Counted from the stretch's first letter, positions 9,954-19,467 are shown. The stretch: DNA of 39,411 nt from a virus (IMGVR_UViG_3300031890_000028:1-39411); one strand, 5' to 3'. Notes: generated by a model from the letters alone, not told the origin. Program-made: numbers and translations.

Positions 9954-10351
9954 CCGAAGAGCCGGAGCCGGCTGAGGAGGAGCCCGAGGTCGAGTGGATC
10001 CCGGTCGTCAAGTGGCCTGAGGGCGCCCGCGCCGTCATCACGGACATCGAGAAGATCCTGCATGTCATCGGGCTGATGGCCGGCGCGGCCGACGACATGA
10101 CCTGCCAGGTGTTCACCGACTTCCTGAACACGGTGCTGCTGCACAGGCGGCGCGAGCTGGCCCTGATCATGCTGGAGCGGCATGGCGTCGCCCTGCCCGA
10201 GCCCGGCTCGGTGCCGACCCCGCAGGAGCGGATGAGCGCGATGCTGCAGCACATCGGCGACGAGGTGCGCCGGGCCCGGCCGGACCTGGTGCCCGACAAG
10301 CAGCCGCCGACCGACCGGGCCCGGCGTCATCTCCCGGACATGAAGCCGTAA
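9950..10351 (+). CDS. Hypothetical protein
   Basis: GTGA overlap with the UDG stop; 3' part of ORF 9587..10351. Confidence 0.6.
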   Translation: MTEEPEPAEEEPEVEWIPVVKWPEGARAVITDIEKILHVIGLMAGAADDMTCQVFTDFLNTVLLHRRRELALIMLERHGVALPEPGSVPTPQERMSAMLQHIGDEVRRARPDLVPDKQPPTDRARRHLPDMKP

Positions 10352-10359
10352 ACGGGGCT

Positions 10360-10867
10360 TTACGCCGGGCGGGCGCTCTTCTTCCGGCCGAAGCGCTGGC
10401 CCACGGCCTGCCGGGTGATGCCCAGGGCGTCGGCTATCACCGGGTCGGAGTAGCCCCGGGCGCGGCAGCCCTCGACGGCCAGCTCGGTGAGGGCATCCAC
10501 GTGCCGGGTCATCGCGCCGAGCGCGGCAGCCCTCGACGGCCAGCTCGGTCAGGGCATCCACGTGCCGGGTCATCGCGCCGAGCGCGGCCAGCGCGTCCAG
10601 GTTGCCGTCCCGGGCCCGCTCGCCCTGCTTGGCAAGGACGCGCACGTTGCGCTCCGTCAGCTGGTTTTCGTCGTAGTTGCCATACCTGGCATTATCGCGC
10701 CTGCGCTGCCGCCGCTGGTCGGCCGCGTGCTTCAGCGCGTCGCGCCGGGCCTGCCGCAGCGCGCGGACAAGGCCGTCGACCTCGGCTACGGTGCCCCGGG
10801 CCAGGCGGGTGATCTCCTCGTCGCTGAGGCCGGGTGCTGCCGCGCGGATCCTGTCTGCCTTGTTCAT
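10360..10867 (-). pseudogene. HTH DNA-binding protein (candidate repressor) frameshifted by a 61-bp tandem duplication
   Basis: Removing one 61-bp copy gives a 148-aa ORF ending ...AVEGCRARGYSDPVIADALGITRQAVGQRFGRKK (HTH signature), with TAA at 10360-10362. Confidence 0.75.
10460..10588. repeat. 61-bp tandem duplication with GCGCGGC microhomology
   Basis: 10460-10527 matches 10521-10588 with one mismatch (10489 g vs 10550 c). Confidence 0.95.
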
Positions 10868-10873
10868 GCTCCC

Positions 10874-10903
10874 AGAATATCAATAAACCTTGATAGCGCG
10901 AAA
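10874..10903 (-). promoter_or_regulatory. Promoter/operator TATCAA-N6-TTGATA with extended -10 (TGnTATTCT), leaderless start of the HTH gene
   Basis: Palindrome at 10878-10895; -10 hexamer ends 6 nt before ATG 10867. Confidence 0.75.
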
Positions 10904-10942
10904 CTGATTTACCGGGCCCCCGGAAGTAATGAGGAGGGCAGC

Positions 10943-11407
10943 TTGCTCAGCCAGAACTGGGAGCCCGGTGCGATCTGCCCCGGATGCGGGCAGGAGGTCG
11001 CGGTCGGCGCCCAGGTCCTGTACGGCAGGCACCCGCAGTGCGCCCGCCGCTCTGACGGCGCGCCGGCCGATCCGGTGGCCGCCGCCCAGGCCGCGCTGGA
11101 CGCCGGCGGCCGGGTGGCGATCGCCAAGCCGGCGCTGCGGGCCCTGGCCCTGCTCGCCTGCGAGCGCGCCGGCACCGAGCCCGTCCGCCGCCCGGACAGG
11201 GGCCAGCGCGGCGTGCGCTGGTATGCCCGGATCCCCGGCTGGAGCTATGCCCGGGTCGAGGCCGGCCTGTCCGTGGCCCAGGTGGCCGGCCTGTTCCTGG
11301 ATGCCCTGGACGTCGGCCGGACCCCGCCGGTCTCGCACGAGCAGCTGCGGGCGCTCATCTCGGCCGCGTCCGGTAAACCGTTTGCGGCACAGGCCGCAGG
11401 AGACTAA
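10943..11407 (+). CDS. Hypothetical protein with CxxC..HxxC Zn motif
   Basis: TTG start after GAGGAGG; in frame with ORF 10487..11407. Confidence 0.65.
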   Translation: MLSQNWEPGAICPGCGQEVAVGAQVLYGRHPQCARRSDGAPADPVAAAQAALDAGGRVAIAKPALRALALLACERAGTEPVRRPDRGQRGVRWYARIPGWSYARVEAGLSVAQVAGLFLDALDVGRTPPVSHEQLRALISAASGKPFAAQAAGD

Positions 11408-11414
11408 GGTTTAT

Positions 11415-11710
11415 AGCTAAGCGGCTGTGGACCCACGGCCGTGGCGGTGACTGAATAAGGGCTACTGCTCAGGCCGGGCCCTAAGGTACGTGCAGGACAT
11501 CGCCTTCGTGGTGCTTTGCCCGGACGGGCGGCCAACGGTGGCCCTCCGGGGGTGGCACGAGCGGAGACAACAGCCAGGCAGCCGGCCTGGGGATGTCGCG
11601 GGTAGCGCCGCTGCATGGTTCTGCTGTAAAGGCAACTCTGAGCCAGCAGATGCCGGGAAGCCATTCCCGCCCGCCCCCTCAGGGCCTCTCCCCCGGGAGA
11701 GGCCCTGAGG
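11415..11710 (+). ncRNA. Candidate structured non-coding RNA (unidentified)
   Basis: About 300-nt intergenic stretch with several short stems, ending in a 16-bp perfect inverted repeat; no convincing ORF. Confidence 0.25.
11677..11710. terminator. Perfect GC-rich inverted repeat (terminator or processing hairpin)
   Basis: CCTCAGGGCCTCTCCC-cc-GGGAGAGGCCCTGAGG. Confidence 0.6.
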
Positions 11711-11813
11711 CCTGTTCCAGGGATCGAATACAAGGAGGAAAGGATTGCGTGTTCTGCGTCATCTCCTGACTGACTCCTAAGGAGCTAGCCAGGAGAGGGG
11801 GTGACGACACCCC

Positions 11814-11999
11814 ATGCCCCACAAGCAGGGCAAGAAGAACCGCAAGCACAACAGGAACCGTGCCAAGTGTGCCCGGTACGCCGCTCAGCACCGCCGGACG
11901 AAGAACAACCCGGCGCGCACCCAGCGGAACCCCGAGCGCACCCCGGGACGCAAGCGCAATATCCACAATGCGCCGCGCTCCCAGCGGGGAAGCAGGTGA
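11814..11999 (+). CDS. Small highly basic protein
   Basis: K/R/N-rich 61 aa with GC3-rich codons, followed by a hairpin. Confidence 0.55.
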   Translation: MPHKQGKKNRKHNRNRAKCARYAAQHRRTKNNPARTQRNPERTPGRKRNIHNAPRSQRGSR

Positions 12000-12019
12000 G
12001 CTAGATGAATAGCACCCAG

Positions 12020-12048
12020 GAGAAGCCCCGGTGGCCCCGGGGCTTCTC
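12020..12048 (+). terminator. Hairpin terminator
   Basis: GAGAAGCCCCGG/CCGGGGCTTCTC 12-bp stem. Confidence 0.6.
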
Positions 12049-12066
12049 GCGGTCTACTCTAGGTTT

Positions 12067-12540
12067 ATGGAGAATGATCGCATCACCAGCTTCCCGGCCA
12101 TGGTCGCCGCGCTGCGCTACAAGCCCGGCTGGTCGTTCCGGCTGAAGTACGGGCCGACCGGCAGCGCCGCGTGCATCGAGCCGGAATCTGCCCTGGCCGG
12201 CAGCACGGCCGGGGGCGGGATGATCTGGCCGCCGCCATCCTGGCCGGTGATGCTGGTCATCACGGTGCGCACGCACGACAGCGGGGACTGGTCCAGGGAG
12301 GTCGTGGTCTGCCGCCAGGTCGCCGTGCCGGTGGACCTGCTGGAGTACTCGCATATGCCGATGCACCGCTGGCTGCTGGACTGCATCCGCGAGGTGGAGG
12401 TCCACGAGATGTGTGAGGCATTCGCGATCGGGGACCAGCGGCCGTTTTATCCCGAGCACGGGCCAGGAGCTAACCTGTACGGGATCAGGGACCGGGGACT
12501 GGAGTGGCCGCCGGCGAGCACCAGCACCGGGACCGGATAA
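12067..12540 (+). CDS. Hypothetical protein (leaderless)
   Basis: -10 TACTCT at 12055-12060, ATG 6 nt later; LRYKPGWSF..HEMCEAF..PFYPEH. Confidence 0.7.
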   Translation: MENDRITSFPAMVAALRYKPGWSFRLKYGPTGSAACIEPESALAGSTAGGGMIWPPPSWPVMLVITVRTHDSGDWSREVVVCRQVAVPVDLLEYSHMPMHRWLLDCIREVEVHEMCEAFAIGDQRPFYPEHGPGANLYGIRDRGLEWPPASTSTGTG

Positions 12541-12734
12541 CCGAGTGCCCTGACTGCGGCGGGCCCACCAGGCACGAGCGCTCGAAGCACGTCGGCGAGT
12601 ATGACTACTGCCCGCGCTGCCACGCGGGGATCGCCTGCGACTGCGAGGGCTGCCGGGTGCTCCGGGCCCTGCAGCTGATGGGCGGCTAGGCCCCGGAAGG
12701 AACAGGACATGCTGCTTCCGGGAGAGGACCTGTC

Positions 12735-15700
12735 ATGGCTGAGCGCGAGGAGCTGCTGCGAGCGGTGCAGGGCGCCCGGACGGGCCGCGAGCTGGCCGCC
12801 GCCGTCGCCGCCCTCGACGATCACGACCAGGCCAGGACCGCTGCGATCGCGCGGTCCCGGGAGACCGACCTGTCCGCGACCGCCGTCCGGGCGACGCTGG
12901 AGCCGGTGCCGCTGTATGAGCGGCACACCGCCGCGACCGACTGGCTGGGCGAGTACGAGCCGCCCAGCGACTACCGCACCGCGATGATCGCCGAGGCATC
13001 CCGGTGGTACCGGTCGGTCTCGCCCGAGGTGGCCGCCGACCCGGAGGAGTTCGCCGAGCAGGCCCTGGGCCGCGCCTACACCGCCGCCAGCGCCTACGGC
13101 GACCACGCCCTAGCCGCCCGCCGCGAGTTCATGACCTACTTCGGCTACCTGACCCGGCAGGGGGCGTCCGGATTGCCGCAGATCCAGCAGACGGTGGACG
13201 GCGACAACCAGCCAGCGCAGACCCCGCTGCCGCCTGAGCCGTTTGACAACTTCGCGCCCGAGCAGAACCCGCTGAATGCCGGCGTCGAGTCGCCGAACCG
13301 GCAGTCCCAGATCAGCAGCGGCCAGGCGCCGGGCATCCAGGAGCTGGAGAGCCAGAACGCCGGCGGCTCCGGCTTCGGCTCGGGCCCGGAGCGGCCCGAC
13401 ACGCACACCACGTCGATGGACACCGCCGACTCCTATGCCGAGGTGCCGCTCGGCCCGCCCGGCCAGATCCCCGCCGCGCCGCCGGGCGCGACTCCCTCCG
13501 CCCCGTCAGCCCAGAACCCGGCGATGGGCATGGAGGACAACGACGAGGGCATGCAGCAGCGCCAGGGCTCGATGTCGGTGGCCGCCTATACCCGGCCGGA
13601 CTACGAGGGATTCCGCTGGCATATCGGCCCGGACCAGGACGTCGACACGTTCGCCACGCCGTACCACGAGAAGTGCGGCTCGCTGCACTGGCCCGAGGAG
13701 CCCTGCCATCGCGGCCAGGAGCACACCGCCTCGGTCGCGGTCGGCTACCTGATGAACGCCGAGGACTTCGCCCGCCGGGCCCGGTTCGAGTCAGGCGGCA
13801 TGGCCGAGGGCGATGCCGTGCTGCGCCGGACGGCCGGGGACAGGGCGCGGCTGGCCGCCCATCACAGCGCGCTGATGGCCGGGTTCCGGGTGCAGGCCCG
13901 CACCGAGGACGAGATCGCCTGGCTGCACGGCTACCTGGCCCGGGTCCGCCCGGTGCTGGCCGGCGGCAGCAGCTGCCCCGGCTGCGGCGGCAAGGCCGGC
14001 AAGAACGGCGGGCTGTGCACGGCCTGCCTGCAGGACAGCCAGAAGGCCAGGGGCAAGAAGAAGAAGGGCAAGGGCAAGGGCCAGCTGCCCGTCGAGGGCG
14101 CGAGCCGCCTGGATTTTCTCCTGGCCGCTGAGGCGGCTGCGGATGGCGATTCCGTGCCGCTGCGCATCTGCCCGCAGTGCGGCAGTACGTACTGCAAGCA
14201 CTGGCAGGGCAGGGACGAGCCCTATGACCTGCCGGGGCAGCCGTACGGGACGGGAGAGAAGACCTCCTCCCTGGCCAAGGGCGCCCCGTTCGCCGGCTAT
14301 GAAGACTTCGCGTCTTGCGTAAGGGCAAATTCGGATAAAGATTCGCCCGATGCCTACTGCGGGTACATCAAGCACAAGGTCGAGGACAAGGGCAAGTCCA
14401 AGGAGAGCGCCCGGATCCGGCTGACCGCCTCGGACCTGGCCGCCGCCAGCGCCGAGCTGCAGCGGCTGGCCGCCAGCTCGCTGCCGCAGGTCCAGGAGTT
14501 CGTGGACTCCCACGACAGCCCGGACCCGCAGGGCGACCAGCTCAACACGGCCGTGATGTTCCCGCTGCTGCCCGCCTTCGGCGGCCAGGGCCAGGAGGAC
14601 GGCCAGGGCAAGGAGGCGGCCCGCCGCTCGATGACGCCCTCGTCGGCGGCGGTGCGGATGTTCGGCCAGATGGACGCCATGGACGGCAAGCGGCCCCGTC
14701 ACAAGGACAGCTACCCGTTCAGCACCAAGGCGCACGGCCAGTACATGCGCGGCTGGAACAACACCCGGGGCTCGATGGACGCCGTGCTCGGCCGCGACCC
14801 GATCAGCGCCGAGGACTACGAGGCCTGGACCGGGCGCCCTGACCTGCACAAGCACTATCTCGGCGTGTACAGCCAGGTGAAGGCCGGCCGGTCAGGCACC
14901 GACATCCAGGCCGAGGGCATGCGGCGCCAGGCGGACGGCTTCGGCAGCCATCTCGATCCCCGCTGCGACTGCACTCACGAGCCCGGCCGCCCGTGCGATG
15001 AGTCCTGCCCGGTGCACGGCAGGCAGCAGAAGGAGGGCGTGCGCCGCCAGGCTGACTTCATGACCAGGCCGCACCAGAGCACCGATGACCTGCACGCGCC
15101 GTTCAACAGCGCGGCGACCAGCCCGGAGCCATGGTCCTCCAGCGAGCAGGGCGGCGACTACGACCAGGGCGTGCGGGACGGCCAGGAGGACGCGCGGGCC
15201 GGCGAGCACCCGACCTTCGCCGACAACAGCGCCCTGGTCAGCCCGTACGTCAAGGGCTACGCGGTCGGCTACTCCGGCCGCCCGCCGGACACCGGGGTGC
15301 AGGACGTGCCGCGCTCCATGGGCGGCGACTCCGGTCAGGCCATGAATGAGCAGGCGGCCCAGACCGCCTTCCAGGTGTCCAAGGCCAGCCTCCAGCGCCG
15401 GGCGGCCCAGTGCTACGGCTGCCCGCACCCGGCGCACCGGACGGAGCCCTGCAGCGCCGTGGGCTGCCGGCACCTGCACAACCCGGGCGAGGAGGGCGCC
15501 GGGCCCGGCATGCATGCCCGGCAGATCGGCCATGTCCCGGACCCGGCGAGTCCCGGCTATTCCATGCCGCCGCCGGGCCGGCGCGCTGACTGGGAGGACG
15601 CGTACGAGGGCAGCGGCAACCGTGACGATGACGCGTATGAGGGCTGGCGCACCGACTACGGCCGGTACTCATCGCTGCGCCGCCAGGGTCACGATTTCAC

Positions 15701-16820
15701 CGAGTCCGAGCGCGAGCATGCTAAGCACTCGCTGGGCCCGGACGACAAGCTGCCGGTCAACTCACTGCAGGACCTGAAGAACGCGCACACCCGGGCGCAC
15801 CAGGTCAAGGGCATCCCGGAGTCCACGGTCGACGCCTACCTGGACCGGCTGGACAAGGAATACGACTACGGCGGCGGCGACTCGCATGCGCACGACCGGC
15901 GGGCCGCCGGCCTGCGGCCGGTCTCGGTCGCGTTCCTGACCCGGCAGGCGATCCGCGACCCGGACTTCCGCAAGGGCTACAAGTTCGCGGCCCGCTGGCA
16001 GCCCGGCGCCCGCCTGGTCGCCCAGGGCAGTGCCGCCTTCGAGGCGGGGCTGTACGCGGCCATCAGCGACCGGCCCGGCATCCAGGAGGCCTGGGCCCGC
16101 GAGCACCGCCGGCTGTCCCGCAGGCACCCGGTGCTCGGCGCCCGGCTGGACGCGCATGTCAGCTTCACCCGTAAGCTCGCGCTGACTGATCGCGGGAGAT
16201 ACAGGGTTTCTGGCTCGGGATGCTATCCGGTGCGCAGGCAGGCCGTATGGGCAGGCGGAGAGGCGGACTGCGGGCACGAGGAGGCCTGGGGCGGGCACTG
16301 CGGGCAGGCTAGCTGCCCGAATTATGCGAACGCCTGCCCGAAGCATAATGATGTCCGCCCGGACGCCCGCCAGCGCTGCAACCGGGAAGGCCAGCAGAGG
16401 ACGGCGGGCACCTCGGTCGACCTGATCACGGACGGGCCCGGCACCAGCCCGGATCCTATGGGCTCGACGCCCCTGAACGGCGTCGGCACCCCGCCCCCGA
16501 TGGGCGGCGGGGAGGACCCGGCCCGCTCCGGGGGCCCGTCCCCGTACCAGGGCGCGCAGCCGCAGGGCTCGGGCCCGGTGGCGCCCGATGACGTGCTCGG
16601 CCGGCCGCAGGAGCCGCCGCAGCGCTCCGGGCCGATGACCCAGACGTTCAGCGGGCGGCACCCGGAGAACGCGGACCTGGCCCCGGCCGCGCCGAACACG
16701 GCGGGCGGGCCGGGGTACGAGAACACCGACGCCTACCAGGGCGACCCGCAGCGCTACCAGCAGGCGATGGCGTTCAGGCGCCGGGTCCAGGCGTCGCTGG
16801 CGGCCAGCCGGGCAGGGTGA
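12735..16820 (+). CDS. Large low-complexity virion/head protein (probable processed polyprotein)
   Basis: 1361 aa with GGAGAGG RBS; repeated LPQ(I/V)Q motif, Cys/His micro-domains and many R/K-x-A linkers. Confidence 0.75.
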   Translation: MAEREELLRAVQGARTGRELAAAVAALDDHDQARTAAIARSRETDLSATAVRATLEPVPLYERHTAATDWLGEYEPPSDYRTAMIAEASRWYRSVSPEVAADPEEFAEQALGRAYTAASAYGDHALAARREFMTYFGYLTRQGASGLPQIQQTVDGDNQPAQTPLPPEPFDNFAPEQNPLNAGVESPNRQSQISSGQAPGIQELESQNAGGSGFGSGPERPDTHTTSMDTADSYAEVPLGPPGQIPAAPPGATPSAPSAQNPAMGMEDNDEGMQQRQGSMSVAAYTRPDYEGFRWHIGPDQDVDTFATPYHEKCGSLHWPEEPCHRGQEHTASVAVGYLMNAEDFARRARFESGGMAEGDAVLRRTAGDRARLAAHHSALMAGFRVQARTEDEIAWLHGYLARVRPVLAGGSSCPGCGGKAGKNGGLCTACLQDSQKARGKKKKGKGKGQLPVEGASRLDFLLAAEAAADGDSVPLRICPQCGSTYCKHWQGRDEPYDLPGQPYGTGEKTSSLAKGAPFAGYEDFASCVRANSDKDSPDAYCGYIKHKVEDKGKSKESARIRLTASDLAAASAELQRLAASSLPQVQEFVDSHDSPDPQGDQLNTAVMFPLLPAFGGQGQEDGQGKEAARRSMTPSSAAVRMFGQMDAMDGKRPRHKDSYPFSTKAHGQYMRGWNNTRGSMDAVLGRDPISAEDYEAWTGRPDLHKHYLGVYSQVKAGRSGTDIQAEGMRRQADGFGSHLDPRCDCTHEPGRPCDESCPVHGRQQKEGVRRQADFMTRPHQSTDDLHAPFNSAATSPEPWSSSEQGGDYDQGVRDGQEDARAGEHPTFADNSALVSPYVKGYAVGYSGRPPDTGVQDVPRSMGGDSGQAMNEQAAQTAFQVSKASLQRRAAQCYGCPHPAHRTEPCSAVGCRHLHNPGEEGAGPGMHARQIGHVPDPASPGYSMPPPGRRADWEDAYEGSGNRDDDAYEGWRTDYGRYSSLRRQGHDFTESEREHAKHSLGPDDKLPVNSLQDLKNAHTRAHQVKGIPESTVDAYLDRLDKEYDYGGGDSHAHDRRAAGLRPVSVAFLTRQAIRDPDFRKGYKFAARWQPGARLVAQGSAAFEAGLYAAISDRPGIQEAWAREHRRLSRRHPVLGARLDAHVSFTRKLALTDRGRYRVSGSGCYPVRRQAVWAGGEADCGHEEAWGGHCGQASCPNYANACPKHNDVRPDARQRCNREGQQRTAGTSVDLITDGPGTSPDPMGSTPLNGVGTPPPMGGGEDPARSGGPSPYQGAQPQGSGPVAPDDVLGRPQEPPQRSGPMTQTFSGRHPENADLAPAAPNTAGGPGYENTDAYQGDPQRYQQAMAFRRRVQASLAASRAG

Positions 16821-17121
16821 TGTCCGGGCCGGGCTCGGTGAGCTGCACGATGTCGCCGGCATCGAAGGTGAAGGGCGGATCCGGCTCGGGCCAGAACTCG
16901 CGGACGCCAGGTTGCGGGGCTCGCAGCTCCAGGCTGTTCAGCTGGGCCGGCTCGGGAGCATAGACCCGGCCGCCGCATATGTCGCAGCGGATGTCCTCCT
17001 GAGTGGCGCGGCGCTGGCACGGGTTGCTCGTGCCGCCGCACGGGCACCGGCAGCGGTCATCTACGTCCCTGGATGACATCGCGCCCGGGTAGCGCGTGTT
17101 CCCGTGAGTCCAGCAGCACAT
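16774..17121 (-). CDS. Cys-rich hypothetical protein
   Basis: GAAGGAGG RBS before ATG 17121; CxCxC..C..CxxC; overlaps the convergent gene end. Confidence 0.5.
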   Translation of the reverse strand: MCCWTHGNTRYPGAMSSRDVDDRCRCPCGGTSNPCQRRATQEDIRCDICGGRVYAPEPAQLNSLELRAPQPGVREFWPEPDPPFTFDAGDIVQLTEPGPDITLPGWPPATPGPGA

Positions 17122-17199
17122 CGTTCCTCCTTCGGGGCGCCCCCGCCCGGAGGCCCAAGGATATATCAAGCTTCCTAGGGAGGGCAGCAGGGGGTAAAA

Positions 17200-17271
17200 T
17201 ATCAAGGTTTATTGATATTTCCGAACACCCGTATCAAGGTTTTTTGACAATGTGCGCGGTGCCAGTATAGT
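17200..17271 (+). promoter_or_regulatory. Two operator copies plus a near-consensus sigma70-type promoter for the RAMP operon
   Basis: TATCAAGGTTTATTGATA at 17200-17217; TATCAAGGTTTTTTGACA at 17232-17249; TTGACA(17244)-16 nt-TATAGT(17266). Confidence 0.8.
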
Positions 17272-17283
17272 CTCCTGCACGAA

Positions 17284-17311
17284 GCCGCCCCCGGATAGGG
17301 CCGGGGGCGGC
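17284..17311 (+). other. 5'-UTR hairpin of the RAMP operon transcript
   Basis: GCCGCCCCCGG-ATAGGG-CCGGGGGCGGC, 11-bp stem just after the predicted TSS. Confidence 0.55.
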
Positions 17312-17345
17312 GACACGATTCAATCCCACGAGGAGGGAAAGAACC

Positions 17346-18152
17346 ATGCCTGAAACTCAGGTTACGCCGGACACCGGGGACGGTGCCGGCATCGCAACCA
17401 AGGCTCCCGCTCGCGGTCGCCGCAGCGGCACGCCCACCACATCGGCAGCCTCTGCGACCGACGCGCCCCGGCTGGTCATCCAGCCGGTCAAGACCGAGAC
17501 GCTGATCATCCCGATCGTCGGCACCGCGCCGCTGATCGTCAGCCGGTTCAGCGAGAAGGCCAAGAAGCAGATGCTCGACGCCCAGCAGGGCGTCAAGAAC
17601 CCGCCGCAGAAGCGGGACCCGAACGCCGAGTTCGGCGCCTCCCTGTACCGGGCCGGCGTCATCGACCCGGACGGCCCGACCGAGACGCTGGTCGACGGGG
17701 TGCTCAACCCCAACCTGCGCTGGGGCCTGCCCGCCATGGCCTTCAAGATGGCGACCATCGGCGCCGGGCGCTTCTACGGCAAGCAGGTCAAGATGACCGA
17801 GCTGCGCCAGTTCATGTTCTTCGAGGGCATCCAGGTGGACGGCGAGTCCTCCAAGATGGTCGTCATCGACGGCGAGCCCGAGATGCGCGAGGACTATGTG
17901 CGGCTGGCCGGGGTCAACCACCCCGCCGACCTGCGCTACCGGGGCTGCTTCTACGAGTGGTCGGCCCTGCTGGAGGTCCGGTACACCGTCAACCTGCTCG
18001 ACCGCCAGTCCCTGGTCAGCCTGATCCAGGCCGGCGGCATGGGCGTGGGGGTCGGCGAGTGGCGGCCGGAGCGCAACGGCGAGTTCGGCACCTACGAGGT
18101 GCAGGACGGCGAGATCAAGGTGGTCAGGCCGGCGCTCGTGACGGCAGGCTGA
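17346..18152 (+). CDS. Stand-alone Cas7/RAMP-like RNA-binding protein (VIPR-like effector)
   Basis: RAMP-like layout: N-terminal strand IVGTAPLIV, GLPAMAFK helix, LRYR..F.EW strands, C-terminal Gly-rich loop GGMGVGVGEWRPERNGEFGTYEV. Strong RBS; no other cas genes in the window. Confidence 0.75.
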   Translation: MPETQVTPDTGDGAGIATKAPARGRRSGTPTTSAASATDAPRLVIQPVKTETLIIPIVGTAPLIVSRFSEKAKKQMLDAQQGVKNPPQKRDPNAEFGASLYRAGVIDPDGPTETLVDGVLNPNLRWGLPAMAFKMATIGAGRFYGKQVKMTELRQFMFFEGIQVDGESSKMVVIDGEPEMREDYVRLAGVNHPADLRYRGCFYEWSALLEVRYTVNLLDRQSLVSLIQAGGMGVGVGEWRPERNGEFGTYEVQDGEIKVVRPALVTAG

Positions 18153-18153
18153 G

Positions 18154-18612
18154 ATGCCCGCCCCGGGACCTGACATCCAGGCGCTGCTCCTGGAGATCCG
18201 GGAGGCCAACGACGGCGTACTCACCGCGCAGGCCGTCGTGGATGCCGCCCGGGACCCGCTGCACGCGCTGCACCAGCACTTCGAGTGGGATGACGAGAAG
18301 GGCGCCGAGAAGTACCGGGTCCAGCAGGCCCGGCAGCTCATCCGGATCGTGAAGCTCACCTACGTCGACAAGCGCGGCGAGGTGCGCAAGATGCGGGTGT
18401 TCCACTCGGTGCCGGACCCGGACTCGCTCTCGGGCCGGAGCTACGTGCCGCTGGGGGAGATCGAGCGCAGCGATGTCATGTCGGCGCAGCTGCTCCGGTC
18501 GATGGAGATCGACTGGCGCAACCTGCACCGCCGGTACAGGCAGTTCGCCGAGTTCCGGGCGATGGTCGCCCGGGACATGGACGAGGCCGGCGACGGCGCG
18601 ACCGGGACCTGA
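18154..18612 (+). CDS. Partner/accessory protein of the RAMP gene
   Basis: Starts 1 nt after the RAMP stop; LTAQAVVDAARDP..LHQHFEWDD..AEKYR..QARQLIR motif, which I recognise from memory as a recurrent phage neighbour of this RAMP family. Confidence 0.75.
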   Translation: MPAPGPDIQALLLEIREANDGVLTAQAVVDAARDPLHALHQHFEWDDEKGAEKYRVQQARQLIRIVKLTYVDKRGEVRKMRVFHSVPDPDSLSGRSYVPLGEIERSDVMSAQLLRSMEIDWRNLHRRYRQFAEFRAMVARDMDEAGDGATGT

Positions 18613-18629
18613 CGGGCCCGTGCATCACC

Positions 18630-18662
18630 CCGGGGCGGGCGAGGTCCCCTTGCCCGCCCCGG
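18630..18662 (+). terminator. GC-rich hairpin after the partner gene
   Basis: CCGGGGCGGGCGAGG/CCTTGCCCGCCCCGG. Confidence 0.55.
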
Positions 18663-18695
18663 TCTCATTCTCACCACCATCAAAGGGAGTATTTC

Positions 18696-19445
18696 ATGCG
18701 CAAACTGACCAGGATCAGCGCCATCGCGGCGCCGCTCTCCGCCGTCGCGATCGCCCTCTCGGCGGGCGCGGCCTCCGCCGCCCCGGCGCCCGCCTACAGC
18801 GGTACCCAGGCCGGCATTACCACGGGCTGCGGCCCGGCCGGCTGCGGCTCGGTCCAGTCCGAGGTCCTGACCCTGCCCTCGTCCCCGGGCCCGAACGGGC
18901 AGACCTCCTACGCGGTACAGCTGACCGGCTCGCAGGGATCGGTCGTGCTGTCGCTGGGCCCGCTGTCCGGCGGCGCCTACCAGGCCCAAGTCGTCAACGA
19001 GATCAACGACTACCCGCTGCTGACGGTCGGCTTCGACGACGCCAGCAACCCGGCTGTCACCACGTTCCGCGCGGGCGACAACGTGCTGCTGGAGCTGAGC
19101 TACGACTCCTCGGGCAACGTGGTCTGGTCGGCCGTCAACCTGACCGATGACACCCAGGCGCCGTTCACCGGGACGTTCCTGGACGCCGGCCAGGTGTTCA
19201 CCAGCGCCTCGGCGGGGGCCATCTTCGCCCAGGATGTCTACGGCATCGTGCCCTCGTTCACCCAGCCGCCGGCCAGCACCGTGCTGGCGAGCTTCAGGCA
19301 CACCGTGATCACCGACGCCGGCGGCGCCGTGATCCCGGCGCCGTACACCAGGGTGCAGCTGCGCGCGGGCGGGGTGAAGCTCGGCAAGCTGCTGGCCACC
19401 TCCGGCGACGGCAGGGCCTTCACTATCACTCTCGAAAAGAGCTGA
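18696..19445 (+). CDS. Secreted beta-rich protein with signal peptide
   Basis: AAGGGAG RBS; MRKLTRISAIAAPLSAVAIALSAGAASA signal (AxA site); function unknown. Confidence 0.8.
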   Translation: MRKLTRISAIAAPLSAVAIALSAGAASAAPAPAYSGTQAGITTGCGPAGCGSVQSEVLTLPSSPGPNGQTSYAVQLTGSQGSVVLSLGPLSGGAYQAQVVNEINDYPLLTVGFDDASNPAVTTFRAGDNVLLELSYDSSGNVVWSAVNLTDDTQAPFTGTFLDAGQVFTSASAGAIFAQDVYGIVPSFTQPPASTVLASFRHTVITDAGGAVIPAPYTRVQLRAGGVKLGKLLATSGDGRAFTITLEKS

Positions 19446-19467
19446 CGGTCCTGACCGTGCAGATACC

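Noticed and set aside
9785-10867. 360-aa minus-strand ORF as a real protein
   Set aside because: Read-through created by the 61-bp frameshift, running antisense to genuine + strand genes
11415-11710. tmRNA, tRNA or cobalamin riboswitch
   Set aside because: No acceptor stem, T-loop or CCA end and no B12 box recognisable; kept only as an unidentified RNA candidate
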